From: Thermoplasmata archaeon
GTDB lineage: Archaea; Thermoplasmatota; SW-10-69-26; JACQPN01; JAJPHT01
Assembly: GCA_034667685.1 (NCBI GenBank)
Contig: JAXDQU010000097.1
Coordinates: 1 to 24,699 of the forward strand
Direction of reading: 5' to 3'
Length of the DNA: 24,699 nt
Below the pieces are notes generated by a model. That model ran no database searches and was not told the origin of the DNA. It worked only from the letters and a program-made list of their open reading frames with translations. The first letter of the stretch is position 1; each line of letters opens with the position of its first letter. This document shows positions 23,882 through 24,699 of this stretch, piece by piece. The position numbers and the translations under genes are program-made.

Positions 23882-23900
23882 GTGCAATCGCTGTGCAATC
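23882..23900. promoter_or_regulatory. Direct repeat GTGCAATC x2 (11-bp period), candidate operator
   Basis: Copies at 23882-23889 and 23893-23900 between divergent HxlR and hydrolase genes. Confidence 0.45.
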
Positions 23901-23913
23901 CAAAGCGCCTTCC

Positions 23914-24699
23914 ATGCTGGAACGTCGCGTCGTGGGCGCCCTCGTGCGGACGGCGTTCCTGCGGAGCCGGCGGGCGGGGCCGTGGCCCACGGACCTCGAC
24001 CACGCCGAGCTGACGATCAAGGGCAACGCGGGCGCGCGGCTCGCGGCGCGGCTCTTCCGCCACCCGAGGCCCCGCGGGCTCGTCGTGCTCGCGCACCCGG
24101 ACCGGCGCTACGGCCAGCATTGGTTCGTGCGCGAAGGCTGGGTGGCGTGGCTCCTGGAGAACGGCTTCGAGTCGCTGACGTTCGACTTCCCCGACTATGG
24201 CGCCTCGCGCGGCGGCTCGACGTTCTACCACGACGACGTGCTCGCCGCCGCGCGCGCCGGCCTGCGCGAGGCGGGCGGCCTGCCGGTCCACGTGCTCGGC
24301 ATCAGCATGGGCGCGTTCGCCGCCGCCAACGCCTCGCCGAGCCTGGACTTCGTGGACGGCCTCGTGCTGGAGAGCCCGTACCCCAGCTTCGCGGCGTGGT
24401 ACGGACCCGGAGGCAAGGCGATCGCGCAGCGCGCCTTCGAGCGCGCGTTCCCCCGCAGCGCGGCGCAGATCCAGGCCGACCGCAACCTCGCGCGGTGCGC
24501 CGCGAAGCGCGTTCTCGTCGTCGCCGGCGGCGCGGACTCGATCACGCCCGCGCGCCTCTCCCGCGCCGTGGCAGAGGCGCAGCCGCGGGCGCGCTACCTG
24601 GAGCTGCCGGGGCTCGACCACTTCGAGGCGTTCCCGAAGAGCGAGGCGTACCGGCGCGCGGTGTTGGAGACGTTCGGGGCTCTGGGCTCTGGACTCGGG
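23914..24699 (+). CDS. Alpha/beta hydrolase, 3' end outside the window (not in ORF track)
   Basis: Translated by hand from ATG23914: VVLAHP, TFDFPDYGAS, nucleophile GISMG, AGGADSIT, LDHF; no stop before the window ends. Confidence 0.88.
   Translation, partial: MLERRVVGALVRTAFLRSRRAGPWPTDLDHAELTIKGNAGARLAARLFRHPRPRGLVVLAHPDRRYGQHWFVREGWVAWLLENGFESLTFDFPDYGASRGGSTFYHDDVLAAARAGLREAGGLPVHVLGISMGAFAAANASPSLDFVDGLVLESPYPSFAAWYGPGGKAIAQRAFERAFPRSAAQIQADRNLARCAAKRVLVVAGGADSITPARLSRAVAEAQPRARYLELPGLDHFEAFPKSEAYRRAVLETFGALGSGLG
24677..24699. repeat. Second, truncated copy of the GGRCTCN heptamer array
   Basis: GGGCTCT GGGCTCT GGACTCG GG. Confidence 0.8.

Overview
Very GC-rich archaeal chromosomal DNA. 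Evidence for an archaeon: an archaellin, TTTAAG-type TATA boxes about 27-32 nt upstream of several genes, a TrmB regulator and a KaiC/RAD55-like ATPase. An uncultured Thermoplasmatota lineage is my inference only. Left to right: small ORFs, a stand-alone archaellin, fixC-fixX, a structured intergenic segment, an orphan SPPY-type DNA methyltransferase, two tandem beta-helix (bactofilin-like) genes, several microproteins, and secreted proteins (Phi-1/EXORDIUM-like, neutral-ceramidase-like, lipoprotein). Then a perfect 70-bp palindrome built of heptamers, a cassette of secreted Cys-rich protein + multi-TM Ser/Thr kinase + wHTH-FHA regulator, an RHH/RelE-like toxin-antitoxin pair and 3-hydroxyacyl-CoA dehydrogenase. 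Then TrmB divergent from a tightly coupled V4R-like/wHTH/KaiC-like/7TM/multi-PAS histidine-kinase operon, an RHH protein, a large secreted GH-like/CBM/3xPKD protein, HxlR and a truncated alpha/beta hydrolase. The best candidates for undescribed systems are the kinase-FHA cassette (with an odd in-frame UGA junction), the KaiC-HK operon, the bactofilin-like pair and the heptamer palindrome family. All family calls come from motif recognition by eye; no database searches were run.
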